The notes: a model not told the origin generated them from the sequence alone. 42,616 nucleotides of DNA from Phycisphaerales bacterium (GCA_020344555.1 CP070827.1:3159828-3202443), one strand, 5' to 3'; shown: positions 1 to 9,660, counted from the first letter of the stretch. Numbers and translations: made by a program.

Positions 1-36
1 GCCCTTATGACGGACTGGAAGGTCGGTCCCGGATAT

Positions 37-1317
37 TCAACGCCGGTCCAGCGCAATGCGCCCGTCCTTCAACACGATAACAACGTTACGAAGACTGGAA
101 GGGTCTTCGAGTGGATTGCCCCGCACGGCGACAATGTCGGCCAGATATCCTTCGGCGATCCGGCCCAAGTCGTCTTGCTTATTCAGGAGCCGGGCGGCGG
201 TGATGGTCGCAGCTTGCAGTGCTTGCCCCGGTGACATTCCGTAGGCAACCATCAGCTCCAACTCGCGGACGTTATCGCCGTGAGCAAACACGCCCACGTC
301 GCTGCCGCATGCGATGGCCACGCCGGACTCTAACGCCCGGGCGAACATCTCTTTGGACCGCTTTATACGTGGGGGATCGGGTGTTCCCGGCTCCCACCCG
401 GCGTACCGGGCAATCGCCTCCCCGGCAGCCAGAGTCGGACAAAGCACCACTTCGTGCTCGCGCATCAGGGTGAAGATCTCTTCCGACGCATTGGAGCCAT
501 GTTCGATGGTAGTCACCGCCGCAAGGACACTCCGGCGGATGGCTTCATCGATGGTCGCGTGGGCGGCCACGGGGAGGTCGGCACTGCGGGCCTCGTCAAC
601 AATAGCGTTGAGCTCTTCTTGTGAGTAGGTCGGCGTCGACGGGGCTCCCGGCTTGCGCCGGTAGTCGGCATAGACCTTGATCCAGTCCGCTCCGGCCGCG
701 ATCTGTTGGCGTACGGCTTTGCGCAGTCCGTCCACGCCGTCGGCCACCTGGGCACCTTTAGGTACGTCCCAGCGCGGGTCGAAACCCATTGGCCCGTAGC
801 AACCGGTGGCCACCAAGGCGCGAGTCGAGGCCAACACACGCGGGCCGGGCACAATCCCCATGGCGATGGCATCGCGGAGGGCGACGTCGGCGTAGCCGGC
901 TCCCTCGGTCCCCAAATCCCGCAGTGTGGTGAAGCCTGCTTCGAGGGTGGCCTTGGCCGCCGCCACGGCGCGCACCGTGCGCAGCTCCAAGGACTCTTTA
1001 AGAACCTGATCGTTCCATGATGTCTCGTCGTACGGGTACAGGAGCAGATGCGTGTGAGCATCGATAAGTCCGGGGACGAGCGTAAGACCGCTCAAGTCGA
1101 AAGACCGCGCTTCCGCCGATGCCGTCACCTCGGCCGCGGGGGCGACCTTTGCGATGCGCTCCCCCACGATCAAGACGCCATAACCTTCCAAAAGAGTCTG
1201 CCCGGCAGGATCAAGCACCTTCGCGCCGGTTAGAAGCAACCCGCTTTGCTTGTCCTGCGCCCATGCCAAGCTTGGCGTCAGGGCCAAAACGAATAACACC
1301 CATCGACTGAGTCTCAT
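37..1317 (-). CDS. amidohydrolase-family metal-dependent hydrolase, probably exported
   Basis: ORF 37..1416. The internal ATG at 1317 precedes a signal-peptide-like MRLSRWVLFVLALTPSLAWAQD. The LIDAHTHLLL metal-binding motif and later AHA and GSDVGVFAHGDN motifs are typical of the amidohydrolase superfamily. Confidence 0.85.
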   Translation of the reverse strand: MRLSRWVLFVLALTPSLAWAQDKQSGLLLTGAKVLDPAGQTLLEGYGVLIVGERIAKVAPAAEVTASAEARSFDLSGLTLVPGLIDAHTHLLLYPYDETSWNDQVLKESLELRTVRAVAAAKATLEAGFTTLRDLGTEGAGYADVALRDAIAMGIVPGPRVLASTRALVATGCYGPMGFDPRWDVPKGAQVADGVDGLRKAVRQQIAAGADWIKVYADYRRKPGAPSTPTYSQEELNAIVDEARSADLPVAAHATIDEAIRRSVLAAVTTIEHGSNASEEIFTLMREHEVVLCPTLAAGEAIARYAGWEPGTPDPPRIKRSKEMFARALESGVAIACGSDVGVFAHGDNVRELELMVAYGMSPGQALQAATITAARLLNKQDDLGRIAEGYLADIVAVRGNPLEDPSSLRNVVIVLKDGRIALDRR

Positions 1318-1534
1318 GGCTTGCACGCCTCTTGCTCGTGCGCAAAGAAAAAACCGAGCGGGTACCGCCTCCCGCCCGTCAAACACAACGCCTGATACAG
1401 CCTGCAAAGCAGGCAATAAGGCTCATCCTACACGAGCGCCACGTGCTCGCAAACGTTCGTACGTGATCCAGTCGAGAAAAGTGGGGCGTCCCAATGTTCT
1501 GGAGCTACTTAGACCGTCTAACAAGACCGAGCCG

Positions 1535-1552
1535 TCCCGATGTAGATCGGGA
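1535..1552. repeat. short palindrome TCCCGAT-GTAG-ATCGGGA (REP-like hairpin)
   Basis: Perfect 7-bp inverted repeat read directly. The same core recurs at 1760-1775 and inside the long hairpin at 35717-35784. Confidence 0.4.
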
Positions 1553-1580
1553 TCAGGAAGTGGTTTGACGATCAACGCTG

Positions 1581-1624
1581 GTCCGCTCCCTCACGGTCAC
1601 GGCTCCGAATATGATGCCGTTCTG
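1581..1624 (+). repeat. diverged partial copy of the dispersed repeat seen at 36075 and 37562
   Basis: Shares the core GCTCCCTCACGGTC and the 3' block GCC(A/G)TTCTG with the two ~97-bp copies. The middle part is poorly conserved. Confidence 0.3.
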
Positions 1625-1759
1625 TTAGACAATCTTAATCAAATCGACCGATTTCTCGCTCCCGAGCACCCGACGGAACTTGTCCCGATCAACTCGGGAG
1701 TCTGCGCTACCTGCCGATTGCGATTAACGCTGATTCGGAGAACGGAACGCCGCGCGGGC

Positions 1760-1775
1760 TCCCGATAGATCGGGA
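1760..1775. repeat. short palindrome TCCCGAT-AG-ATCGGGA (REP-like hairpin)
   Basis: Perfect 7-bp inverted repeat with the same core as 1535-1552, about 225 bp away in the same gene-free spacer. Confidence 0.4.
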
Positions 1776-1963
1776 TTCCATTCCGCCTGCGGCTCAGAGC
1801 TTTGCTGTCAATCGCAACGAGCCAACCAGTCGCTTTGAGTGCTTGGCAAACGGCACCTCTTGGCGCGAAGGACCGATGACAACGGTGCTCGCAGTGTCGT
1901 AAGGATGGCACCAACTTCACCCGGGAACTGATCTCCGCCTGCGGGCTTCTACTGAGCCGTTTG

Positions 1964-2380
1964 TCAAGGAGTCGGCGGCATGAGGGTGTTCAGTGACTCG
2001 ACTGAATGCGATAATGACGAGCCGATAAGAGAGATGGCCACAAAGATCCCGACCCAGCAGATCAATGTGAACGCACTGCTGACGATGCCCGTGAGGGCCC
2101 ACTTGGCGCCGCCCAGCTCGATTCCCGCTCGCCGGGCCCGGCGGATCCGCGCCAGGCTGAGCGTTCCGAAAGCCAGGCCGATAACCTGAGACACCAACGG
2201 TACGATGGCCGTGAAACCGCATATGGCTGACGCTACGGCAAACCCATCGGTCCGCTTGTGGACCTGGACGTTTCCGGCAGGGTTGACGGACGCAGCAAGG
2301 ACAGGCGTGTGCTGGGTCGAAATGCCCGTCACCATCGTGCCGGCGGGCCGTGCATAGGGAACGTGTGTCAAATCGTTCAT
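1964..2380 (-). CDS. small membrane protein, DUF4190-like
   Basis: ORF 1964..2536. The internal ATG at 2380 gives MNDLTHV... Two hydrophobic helices flank an RIRRARRAG loop (AVASAICGFTAIVPLVSQVIGLAFGTLSLARIRRARRAGIELGGAKWALTGIVSSAFTLICWVGIF), a layout typical of DUF4190. The part upstream of 2380 is only translated heptamer repeat. Confidence 0.6.
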   Translation of the reverse strand: MNDLTHVPYARPAGTMVTGISTQHTPVLAASVNPAGNVQVHKRTDGFAVASAICGFTAIVPLVSQVIGLAFGTLSLARIRRARRAGIELGGAKWALTGIVSSAFTLICWVGIFVAISLIGSSLSHSVESLNTLMPPTP

Positions 2381-2442
2381 ACTGAGACGTCCGAGATATC
2401 CGATCCTTCGGGCATGATCCCTCCCAAGTGTACGATACGCTC

Positions 2443-2498
2443 GATTGCGGATTGCGGATTGGGGATTGCGGAATGCGGAATGGGGAATGGGGATTGCG
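2443..2498. repeat. eight tandem imperfect heptamers (GATTGCG / GAWTGSG)
   Basis: Read directly: gattgcg gattgcg gattggg gattgcg gaatgcg gaatggg gaatggg gattgcg. It lies 63 bp upstream of the 2380 start on the minus strand. Confidence 0.9.
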
Positions 2499-2633
2499 CA
2501 TGTGTGTCGGCGGGTACCGCAATCGACAATCGTCAATTGACCTGGGGTCCGGCGCTTTGCCTTCGTGTGCTTGGAATTGACCAGGTGACGTGCGGACCGC
2601 TTCTTTCCCTATTCGCCATTTATCATTCCGAAT

Positions 2634-5138
2634 TCACGGCTGCTCCGGCGATTCGGGACACGGCGGGACCGGGCGGTACCACCTGGCGATACCCAAGGAT
2701 GGAACTCGTCCTGCTGAGGTGAAGGAACCACCTGCATAAAGGGCAGGACCGCTACCGTCGTCGAAAATGGCCAGCGCCTTGACGGCGCCGAGCTGGTCCA
2801 TTCCGCCTCCCACCGGCCACCACGAGCAGCCGTCCCACCTGGCGATGCTCAAGGCCACAGTGTCGCCAACGTGGGTGAAATCATTACCGACGTACAGAGC
2901 CGGGCCGCTGCCATCGTCGAAGCCGGCCAACGCGTCAACCGCGACGTTGACACCGCTCCTCAGGGCGGACCACGAAGCGCCGTCCCATCTGGCGATGCCC
3001 TCTGTTGACTCGCCATTTTCCGACTCGAAAGCCCCGCCGACATACAGGGCCGGTCCGGCACCATCATCGAAGACAGCCAGCGTACGAGCCGTGCCATCGA
3101 CGCCGCTTCCCAACGGCGACCAATCCGTCCCGTCCCACTTGGCGATACTTGCCGCTGTCACACCTCCGGCGGACGCAAACCGCCCGGCCACGTAGAGCGC
3201 CGGCCCGAACCCGTCGTCAAAAACGGTTAGGGCCTGGACCATCCCGGACTCGTCGACGCCGCCTCCCACCGGAGACCAGGAACTGCCATCCCACTTGGCA
3301 ATGCCTCTCGCCGGTTCGTCGCCGGCAAGGGTAAAGGTACCACCCACGTACAGTCCCGGGCCGGTTCCGTCGTCGAAGACGGCCATCGCCCAAACCCTGC
3401 CGCCGCCCATCCCGGCACCCAGCGGCGACCATGCCGCACCGTCCCATTCTGCGATTCGCGCCGCGGCCACGCCGCCAGCCATGGTGAACTCGCCGCCGAC
3501 ATAGAGTGCTGTCCCGGATCCATCATCGAATGTGGCCAGGCTGCGAACCTTGTCGTTCGTACCATTTCCTAACGCCGACCAGGCGCTTCCGTTCCAACGG
3601 GCGATGTTGTTCGCTGCGGTCTCTCCTGCTTTCCCGAATCCGCCACCGGCGTAGAGCCCGGGGCCATTTCCGTCGTCGTAAACGGTAAAGGCGTCGACCG
3701 AGCCGTAGATCCCGGCGCCGGGCACACCTTCCACTGACGACCAGGTCGCACCGCCCCACCGTGCTATGTTCCTAGCCCTAAGCTCTCCCGCTGTGGCGAA
3801 CCTACCACCGACATATAGGTCTGGTCCACTGCCGTTGTCGAAGGCGATCAGAGCTCGCACCCACGGCCAGCCCGAGAAGCCGGCATCGATCCCGCTCCCC
3901 AGCGGTGACCAGGAGATGCCATCCCACTTGGCGATACCATTGGCCGCAACACCGCCGGCTGAGGTGAACGACCCGGCGGCGTATAGAGCCGGGCCGCTCC
4001 CATCGTCGAACACGCTCAGGGCGAACGCCCCGAAGTATCCCGCGGTACCGCCTCCCACCGGGGACCAGGAACTGCCGTCCCATCTGGCGATGTAGTCCGC
4101 CTCGGCGCCGTCGGCCGTCGTAAAGTAGCCGCCGGCGTAGAGCGCCGGCCCACCGCCATCGTCGAAAACGGTCAGGGCTGCGACCTCCCGATTCATCCCA
4201 GTGCCCAGTGCGGACCATGAGGTGCCGTCCCACTTGGCCACCTTGTGCGCTTCCACACTCCCGGCCCAGGTAAAGTCGCCGCCGGCATACAGCGCCGGGC
4301 CGGTGCCATCATCGAACACTACCAGGGCCGAAACGTCATACTCTATCCCGCCTCCGACGGAGGACCACGAGCTGCCGTCCCACTTGGCGATGCTGTTGGC
4401 CGCTATGCCGCCGGCCACACTAAAGATGCCACCGGCATAGAGCGCCGGGCCGCTCCCGTCATCGAAAACGGCAAGGGCCTCGACATGGCCGTTCGTCCCC
4501 TGCCCCAGCGCCGACCATCTGGTGCCATCCCACCGGGCAATGTTGTCAGCAGGCAGTCCCCCGGCTTTCTTGAACATCCCGCCGACGTATAGTGCGGGCC
4601 CGGTGCCATCATCAAAGACGGCCATTGCGCTGACCAAGGGAGGATCGAAATAGGGGGAATAGGGGCCAATCCCGCTGTCCAACGGCGACCACGAAGTGCC
4701 GTCCCACTTGGCGATGCTCTGGGCTGCTGCTCCTCCGGCCAGCGAGAAACTGCCACCGGCATATAAAGCCGACCCGCCTCCATCATCGAACACACCGAAG
4801 ACCTCGACCAGCCGGTCCGTCCCGGGCAGGTGAAAGCCTTCCGCCCAGCGGGCATCGCAATCGAGATTGCCGTAATCCGTTCCGAAGGCTAACTGGAACG
4901 TCCGCCAGTCCTGCAGATCAACATCGTCGTCGGAATCAGAGTCCGCGGGAAAGCACTCCGGGGGGACCGGTTCGCCACCCGGTCCTTTCAGGCAATCGAA
5001 AAATGCCGCAAAGTCGATATGGTCGACATGCCCGTCATCGTTGAAGTCCCCGCAACGCGCGCGCACCAGGGTCGGCGCTATAAGAAGCACGGAACAAACC
5101 GCCCCCCAAACGCAGATATCTCGACAGCAGGGTCTCAC
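2634..5138 (-). CDS. secreted tandem-repeat beta-propeller-like protein (~14 units of ~50-55 aa) with N-terminal dockerin/EF-hand-like loops
   Basis: ORF 2634..5348. A GTG at 5138 is preceded by GGAGGA with a 5-nt spacer and starts a signal-like VRPCCRDICVWGAVCSVLLIAPTLVRA. Next come GDFNDDGHVDHIDFAAFF and DSDSDDDVDLQDWRTFQLAF. Then 13 repeats of the pattern A(K/R)WDGxxWSxLGxG...VxALxVFDDGSGPALYxGGxFxxAGG. Confidence 0.85.
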   Translation of the reverse strand: MRPCCRDICVWGAVCSVLLIAPTLVRARCGDFNDDGHVDHIDFAAFFDCLKGPGGEPVPPECFPADSDSDDDVDLQDWRTFQLAFGTDYGNLDCDARWAEGFHLPGTDRLVEVFGVFDDGGGSALYAGGSFSLAGGAAAQSIAKWDGTSWSPLDSGIGPYSPYFDPPLVSAMAVFDDGTGPALYVGGMFKKAGGLPADNIARWDGTRWSALGQGTNGHVEALAVFDDGSGPALYAGGIFSVAGGIAANSIAKWDGSSWSSVGGGIEYDVSALVVFDDGTGPALYAGGDFTWAGSVEAHKVAKWDGTSWSALGTGMNREVAALTVFDDGGGPALYAGGYFTTADGAEADYIARWDGSSWSPVGGGTAGYFGAFALSVFDDGSGPALYAAGSFTSAGGVAANGIAKWDGISWSPLGSGIDAGFSGWPWVRALIAFDNGSGPDLYVGGRFATAGELRARNIARWGGATWSSVEGVPGAGIYGSVDAFTVYDDGNGPGLYAGGGFGKAGETAANNIARWNGSAWSALGNGTNDKVRSLATFDDGSGTALYVGGEFTMAGGVAAARIAEWDGAAWSPLGAGMGGGRVWAMAVFDDGTGPGLYVGGTFTLAGDEPARGIAKWDGSSWSPVGGGVDESGMVQALTVFDDGFGPALYVAGRFASAGGVTAASIAKWDGTDWSPLGSGVDGTARTLAVFDDGAGPALYVGGAFESENGESTEGIARWDGASWSALRSGVNVAVDALAGFDDGSGPALYVGNDFTHVGDTVALSIARWDGCSWWPVGGGMDQLGAVKALAIFDDGSGPALYAGGSFTSAGRVPSLGIARWYRPVPPCPESPEQP

Positions 5139-5518
5139 GTTCGTCCTCCGACGTGTCAGCCCGCGCGGCCTCAGCACACGTCGAATCAAAAGCACTGCTC
5201 CCCTGAAGAGCCGTTGTAATCTGTCTTTATTTGGGACAGTCCGCCTCCCTCCTGCCAAACCGGATTGGTTCAAAGCCCCCCAGACCTTGCCCGACTTTAT
5301 TGTATGAAGGCGAAGCCACCGGGACAACGAAGACGGAAACATACCCACTGCGGGCTTGACCTATGGCGTTTCGTGGGGCAGCGTCGGATAAACGTCACGA
5401 ATCGGACAGATTAAAGGACCTATGAAGCGAACATCGGCAACACGCCTTGACGCTATCGGCGGTCGCGGGTCCAATAGATGTGCAGGCGCTTCCCATTGGC
5501 ACGAGAGTGAGCACCGCG

Positions 5519-5803
5519 ATGCCTTCTCCGGTAGCGGACAGCAGCGGCCGGTTCCCGCTCGACGACGAGCACCGAATGCTCCTTCGCATTCGCGACACGC
5601 TCTATGAGGGTTGCTGGGAGGACTTCGTGCGGGACCTGCGTGCTCGGGCACAGGGCCGACCCCACGTGTTCGAGACTGTTACCGATTCGCCGGCCATGAA
5701 AACCACTATCGAAAACCACCTGGCCATGATCGACGAGATGCAGACGTGGGAACTACAGCACGAACGTACGCTTTCCGCCGACGATCCTGCGACCATCACG
5801 TGA
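5519..5803 (+). CDS. small hypothetical protein
   Basis: ORF 5447..5803 from a TTG. The first ATG is at 5519. The non-repetitive, charged and aromatic composition (RMLLRIRDTLYEGCWEDFVRDLRARAQGRPHVFETV...) looks coding. No family was recognised. Confidence 0.5.
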   Translation: MPSPVADSSGRFPLDDEHRMLLRIRDTLYEGCWEDFVRDLRARAQGRPHVFETVTDSPAMKTTIENHLAMIDEMQTWELQHERTLSADDPATIT

Positions 5804-5949
5804 TGTAACCAACAGGTCGTGCCTCCTCCTCCGCGCGTCCGAGGTCGGGCAATGATGGGCCGGCGCTTGACGGGCAAGGCTTTTTCTCATTAAATCATGC
5901 GGAACTGCCGGTGCATTCTTCCTAAGTTCACGCACAGGAGACGTGACGC

Positions 5950-7221
5950 ATGCTATCGAGTTTGACGGTTTTGATGCTGTTTGCAGCCGCCCCCCTCGCG
6001 GAGCCGCAGTTCGATCAGGCTCCACCGTTGATCGACGACGCCAAGCTCCAGGAAGCGGGGATGTTCAGGTATTGGCAGGCCAGCCTGCCCCTCCCGCTGG
6101 GTGACTCGCCCGACAAGGCGCATCTCGTGGATGAGGTGCTATATGTTGTCACCGATGGTGGCGTCCTTTTCGCGCTGACCGCCAACACCGGCCTGGTCCG
6201 CTGGGCTGCGAAGTTGACTGAAGCTGACCATCGGATCTACTCGCCGGCGCACATCCGGACAGCCGACGGCGCCGGGCCGGTCGTTATCCCCACCAGTACG
6301 AAGGTCTTCATCCACGACCGCTTTACCGGGGATATAATCCGAAGCTTTGCGCCGGAGTCTGCTGTGGGAAGCCCGGCGGTGGGTTACGACGACGTGCTGC
6401 TTGTGGGCGGTGCGGATGGGCGGTTTTATTCGTTGCGGCTCAACCACCCGCTCGCCCGGGAGCCGTTCAAGCTATGGGCGGTAGAAGTCGATGGTCGGGT
6501 AACCGCCGCCCCGGTCCTTTACGCCCACAACATGCTCCTGTTTGCCTCGCAGGGTGGCATGGTGTATTCCTGCCGGGCGGCCGACAAGACCCTGAACTGG
6601 GTCTTCCGGGCCAACGGCCCGATCACGGGCGATCCTGCGGTCGACGAAAGCGGGGTCTATGTGGCCGGCCTCGACCGTTCCCTCTACAGGCTTCACCTTT
6701 CCAGCGGCAGGATGCTCTGGCGGGTGCGCTTTCCGCAACCTCTTGATGAAGGCCCGATCGTAACCGCCCATACAGTGTACCAGTATTGCCCGGGCCACGG
6801 ACTCAGCGCAATCGACGCAGATACCGGCCGGGAGAAGTGGCGAAGCGACAACGCCCGTGCGTTCCTCGCCCACACCAGGAACGGTGACATCGTCTTTACC
6901 GGCGATCACCGGCTTGAAGTGGTGGACCACGATAGCGGCCATGTACGCCATAGCATCGAGGCGCCTGCCGATACGCGAACCGTGTCGAACAGGAATGATG
7001 ACGCGGTATACCTTTTGGGTCGGGATGGACGCGTTCTGTGCGCCCGGCTCGACAGCGTTCCTTATCTCCGGCGCCAGCAGGTGATCGCGGCTCGCCAGCA
7101 GCTCAACCGACCGCCACGCGACGAAGCGGAAGCAGCCCGAGAGGCCCGGGAGGCGGGCGACGCCGGAGCCGACACGAGTCTGAGTGATCCGCTTCGCAGC
7201 CGGCGGGACGTCAGACCTTGA
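5950..7221 (+). CDS. PQQ-like beta-propeller repeat protein (BamB-like)
   Basis: Signal peptide MLSSLTVLMLFAAAPLAEP. Repeated blade motifs are present (DGGVLFALTANTGLVRW, DGRFYSLRL, GGMVYSCRAADKTLNW, DRSLYRLHLSSGRMLW, GLSAIDADTGREKW). Confidence 0.75.
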   Translation: MLSSLTVLMLFAAAPLAEPQFDQAPPLIDDAKLQEAGMFRYWQASLPLPLGDSPDKAHLVDEVLYVVTDGGVLFALTANTGLVRWAAKLTEADHRIYSPAHIRTADGAGPVVIPTSTKVFIHDRFTGDIIRSFAPESAVGSPAVGYDDVLLVGGADGRFYSLRLNHPLAREPFKLWAVEVDGRVTAAPVLYAHNMLLFASQGGMVYSCRAADKTLNWVFRANGPITGDPAVDESGVYVAGLDRSLYRLHLSSGRMLWRVRFPQPLDEGPIVTAHTVYQYCPGHGLSAIDADTGREKWRSDNARAFLAHTRNGDIVFTGDHRLEVVDHDSGHVRHSIEAPADTRTVSNRNDDAVYLLGRDGRVLCARLDSVPYLRRQQVIAARQQLNRPPRDEAEAAREAREAGDAGADTSLSDPLRSRRDVRP

Positions 7222-7327
7222 GCCGGTGCGCACAAAGCCACAATACCTGTCGAAGTCCCGGCCGCATGCGACGGGACAACACCGGTCAGCCTATCGCCAT
7301 GTGACATGATCGTCCGATGCGAGTACC

Positions 7328-8986
7328 ATGACTCCCATGGCCGCTAATAAGATCAAGCGTGCGCTGATTAGCGTTTACGACAAGACCGGCATCGTCGATT
7401 TCGCCCGGGCGCTGGTTGACGAATTCGGCATCGAGATCATCTCCACCGGGGGGACGGCCACGCTGCTGAAAGAAAACGGCATGCCGGTGACACTCGTCGA
7501 GGAGATCACCGGTTTCCCCGAGATGCTCGCCGGCCGAGTGAAGACTCTTCACCCCAAGATCCACGCTGCCATCCTGGCCGATCGTGACAACCCACAGCAC
7601 ATGCTCCAGCTCAAGGAGCAGGGCATCGAGCCGATCGACATGGTGGTGGTCAACCTCTATCCGTTCGAGAAGACCATCTCCGACCCGGACTGCACGTTCG
7701 AGCAGGCCGTACAGATGATCGACATCGGCGGACCTTGTCTGCTGCGGGCGGCCGCGAAGAATCATCAGCATGTACTGGTCGTTGAATCCCGAGATCAATA
7801 CCGCAATACGTTGCATTTCCTTCGAGGTGAAGGCGTACCGGTTTTTGGCCAAGACCGCGCTCTCGCCGTGTTCCGTCGTACAACAGATTACGATTCTAAA
7901 ATTACATCGTGGCTGAGTTCGAGCTGGCCTCGCCACTGGCGATCACGGCTCGAGTTTCTTGAGCTGTGGGAACTCACGGCACTGCGCTACGGCGAGAACC
8001 CCCATCAGCCGGCGAGGGTCCTGCTGAATCCCGCGGATCCCAAGGAGCTGCCTCGCGGTCTTAACAACGATCCACGCGGTTCCGCAAAGCCGATGTCGTT
8101 TAATAATTATTTGGACTCGAACGCCGCAAACGATTTGTGTAGTGAACTGGTGCAGAGCGGAAACTCGAGAGACTCTTGTGTTTTTGTGAAACACGGCAAT
8201 CCGTGCGGGGTCGGCGTCGGTGAAGACATGCTGGAGGCGTACAAGAAGGCGTATCTCGGCGACCCGAACGCTGCAATGGGCGGCATCCTCGCGGTGAGTT
8301 TTCGGATCGACACGGGCTTTGCTCGAGCCGTCCTACAGTCGCTCCAGGCGTGGGGAAAAGACGCGGGGGCCGGTGCTTTCTTTGTTGAAGTGATCATTGC
8401 GGAAGGTTTTGAGGATGAGGCGATCGAAGTCATCCGAACGGGCAAGCGGTGGGGAGCGGATGTTCGGCTTCTCGCTGTCCCAAACCGATATACGGATCCG
8501 CCGTCGCACGCCAACGAGTTGGATTACAAGGGGGTTCGTGGCGGGCTGCTTGTCCAATCAGTCGATACTGTCGGACTGGACGAAGACGAATGGAAGGTGG
8601 TCACTAAGCGGGAGCCAACCGACACCGAGATGACGGACCTACGCCTGGCCTGGCTGGTCTGCAAGCACACCAAGAGCAACGCCATTTCAATCTGTAAGGA
8701 TGGCATGCTCATCGGCAACGGGGCCGGACAGATGTCTCGGGTGATGAGCTGCCGCATTGCCACCTGGCTGGCGAAAGAGAACGGTCACGCAGACAAACTC
8801 CCTGGGTCGGTGGCTGCTTCCGATGGTTTTTTCCCCTTCTCTGACGGGCCCGACATCCTGATGGACGCGGGTGTAACGGCGATCATCCAACCCGGCGGGT
8901 CCAAGCGGGATAGCGATACGATAGCCGCTTGTGATGAACGGAACGTTGCCATGATCTTAACAGGCACGCGGCATTTCAAGCACTGA
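7328..8986 (+). CDS. purH: bifunctional AICAR formyltransferase / IMP cyclohydrolase
   Basis: The N-terminal MGS-like motif KRALISVYDKTGIVDFAR...ISTGGTA, then KTLHPKIHAAIL, LRYGENPHQ, MSFNNYLD, and the C-terminal IQPGGSKRD...MILTGTRHFKH are all canonical PurH blocks. Confidence 0.95.
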   Translation: MTPMAANKIKRALISVYDKTGIVDFARALVDEFGIEIISTGGTATLLKENGMPVTLVEEITGFPEMLAGRVKTLHPKIHAAILADRDNPQHMLQLKEQGIEPIDMVVVNLYPFEKTISDPDCTFEQAVQMIDIGGPCLLRAAAKNHQHVLVVESRDQYRNTLHFLRGEGVPVFGQDRALAVFRRTTDYDSKITSWLSSSWPRHWRSRLEFLELWELTALRYGENPHQPARVLLNPADPKELPRGLNNDPRGSAKPMSFNNYLDSNAANDLCSELVQSGNSRDSCVFVKHGNPCGVGVGEDMLEAYKKAYLGDPNAAMGGILAVSFRIDTGFARAVLQSLQAWGKDAGAGAFFVEVIIAEGFEDEAIEVIRTGKRWGADVRLLAVPNRYTDPPSHANELDYKGVRGGLLVQSVDTVGLDEDEWKVVTKREPTDTEMTDLRLAWLVCKHTKSNAISICKDGMLIGNGAGQMSRVMSCRIATWLAKENGHADKLPGSVAASDGFFPFSDGPDILMDAGVTAIIQPGGSKRDSDTIAACDERNVAMILTGTRHFKH

Positions 8987-9090
8987 CACGCCGCACTGCC
9001 CGCCGCGGGTACCACCGTGGTTCGCAGCGCCCTTGCCCTGTTCCTGCAACCACATATAATGCCACGGGTTATCATTAAGAGGCGGCGCGG

Positions 9091-9636
9091 GTGAAGCTCT
9101 ATACAAAACGTGGTGACGACGGCAGCACCGGCCTGATCGGCGGTGCGCGAGTGTCCAAGGATGATCCGCGCGTGGTTGCCTGCGGCCACGTTGATGAGAC
9201 GAACGCTGCGATCGGGATGGTCGTTGCCAACTGTAACGATGATGCCACCGTGGGCATGCTGCGGCAGATACAATCGGAGCTGTTTATCCTCGGCGCCGAA
9301 CTCGCCACACACGAAGGCGACCGTCCGGAGCTGATGATCGGTGATGCCCATGTGGCCCGGCTCGAGAAGTGGATCGACGAAGTCTCGGCTGAGGTCTCTC
9401 CGCTTAAGGGCTTCATCTTGCCGGGTGGAAGCGAGACCGCCGGTCGGCTGCACCTTGCCCGGGCCGTCTGCCGCCGGGCCGAGCGCGCCACGGTTGCCCT
9501 CGCACGGCAACAGCCCGTTGACCGGTCGGCTCTCGCCTATTTGAACCGGCTTAGTGATCTGCTGTTCGCGCTAGCCCGGCTGGCAAACGCCCAGGCGGGT
9601 GCAGCGGAGACTCCCTGGACGGCACCGAAGAGCTAG
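9091..9636 (+). CDS. PduO-type ATP:cob(I)alamin adenosyltransferase
   Basis: GTG start. The N-terminus (M)KLYTKRGDDGSTGLIGGARVSKDDPRVVACGHVDETNAAIG and the later FILPGGS and AHLARAVCRRAER blocks match the PduO-type family signature. Confidence 0.9.
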   Translation: MKLYTKRGDDGSTGLIGGARVSKDDPRVVACGHVDETNAAIGMVVANCNDDATVGMLRQIQSELFILGAELATHEGDRPELMIGDAHVARLEKWIDEVSAEVSPLKGFILPGGSETAGRLHLARAVCRRAERATVALARQQPVDRSALAYLNRLSDLLFALARLANAQAGAAETPWTAPKS

Positions 9637-9660
9637 CTTCGCTCCCCGGCCCGTTGGTGA

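Noticed and set aside
2443-2498. The heptamer array as a CRISPR or coding repeat
   Set aside because: The units are contiguous with no spacers. A 7-nt period cannot be a stable coding repeat.
2767-4592. A series of 70-150-aa ORFs in several frames on both strands inside the propeller gene
   Set aside because: They are repetitive shadows of the tandem repeat units. Only the 2634..5138 minus frame gives a coherent repeat protein with a signal peptide and an RBS.
6472-7936. Minus-strand ORFs of 253 aa and 216 aa
   Set aside because: They are antisense to the BamB-like gene and to purH respectively. They have no motifs and an Arg/Gly-rich composition.
8785-9510. A 241-aa minus-strand ORF
   Set aside because: It overlaps the 3' end of purH and most of the PduO-type adenosyltransferase gene, both of which carry canonical family motifs.
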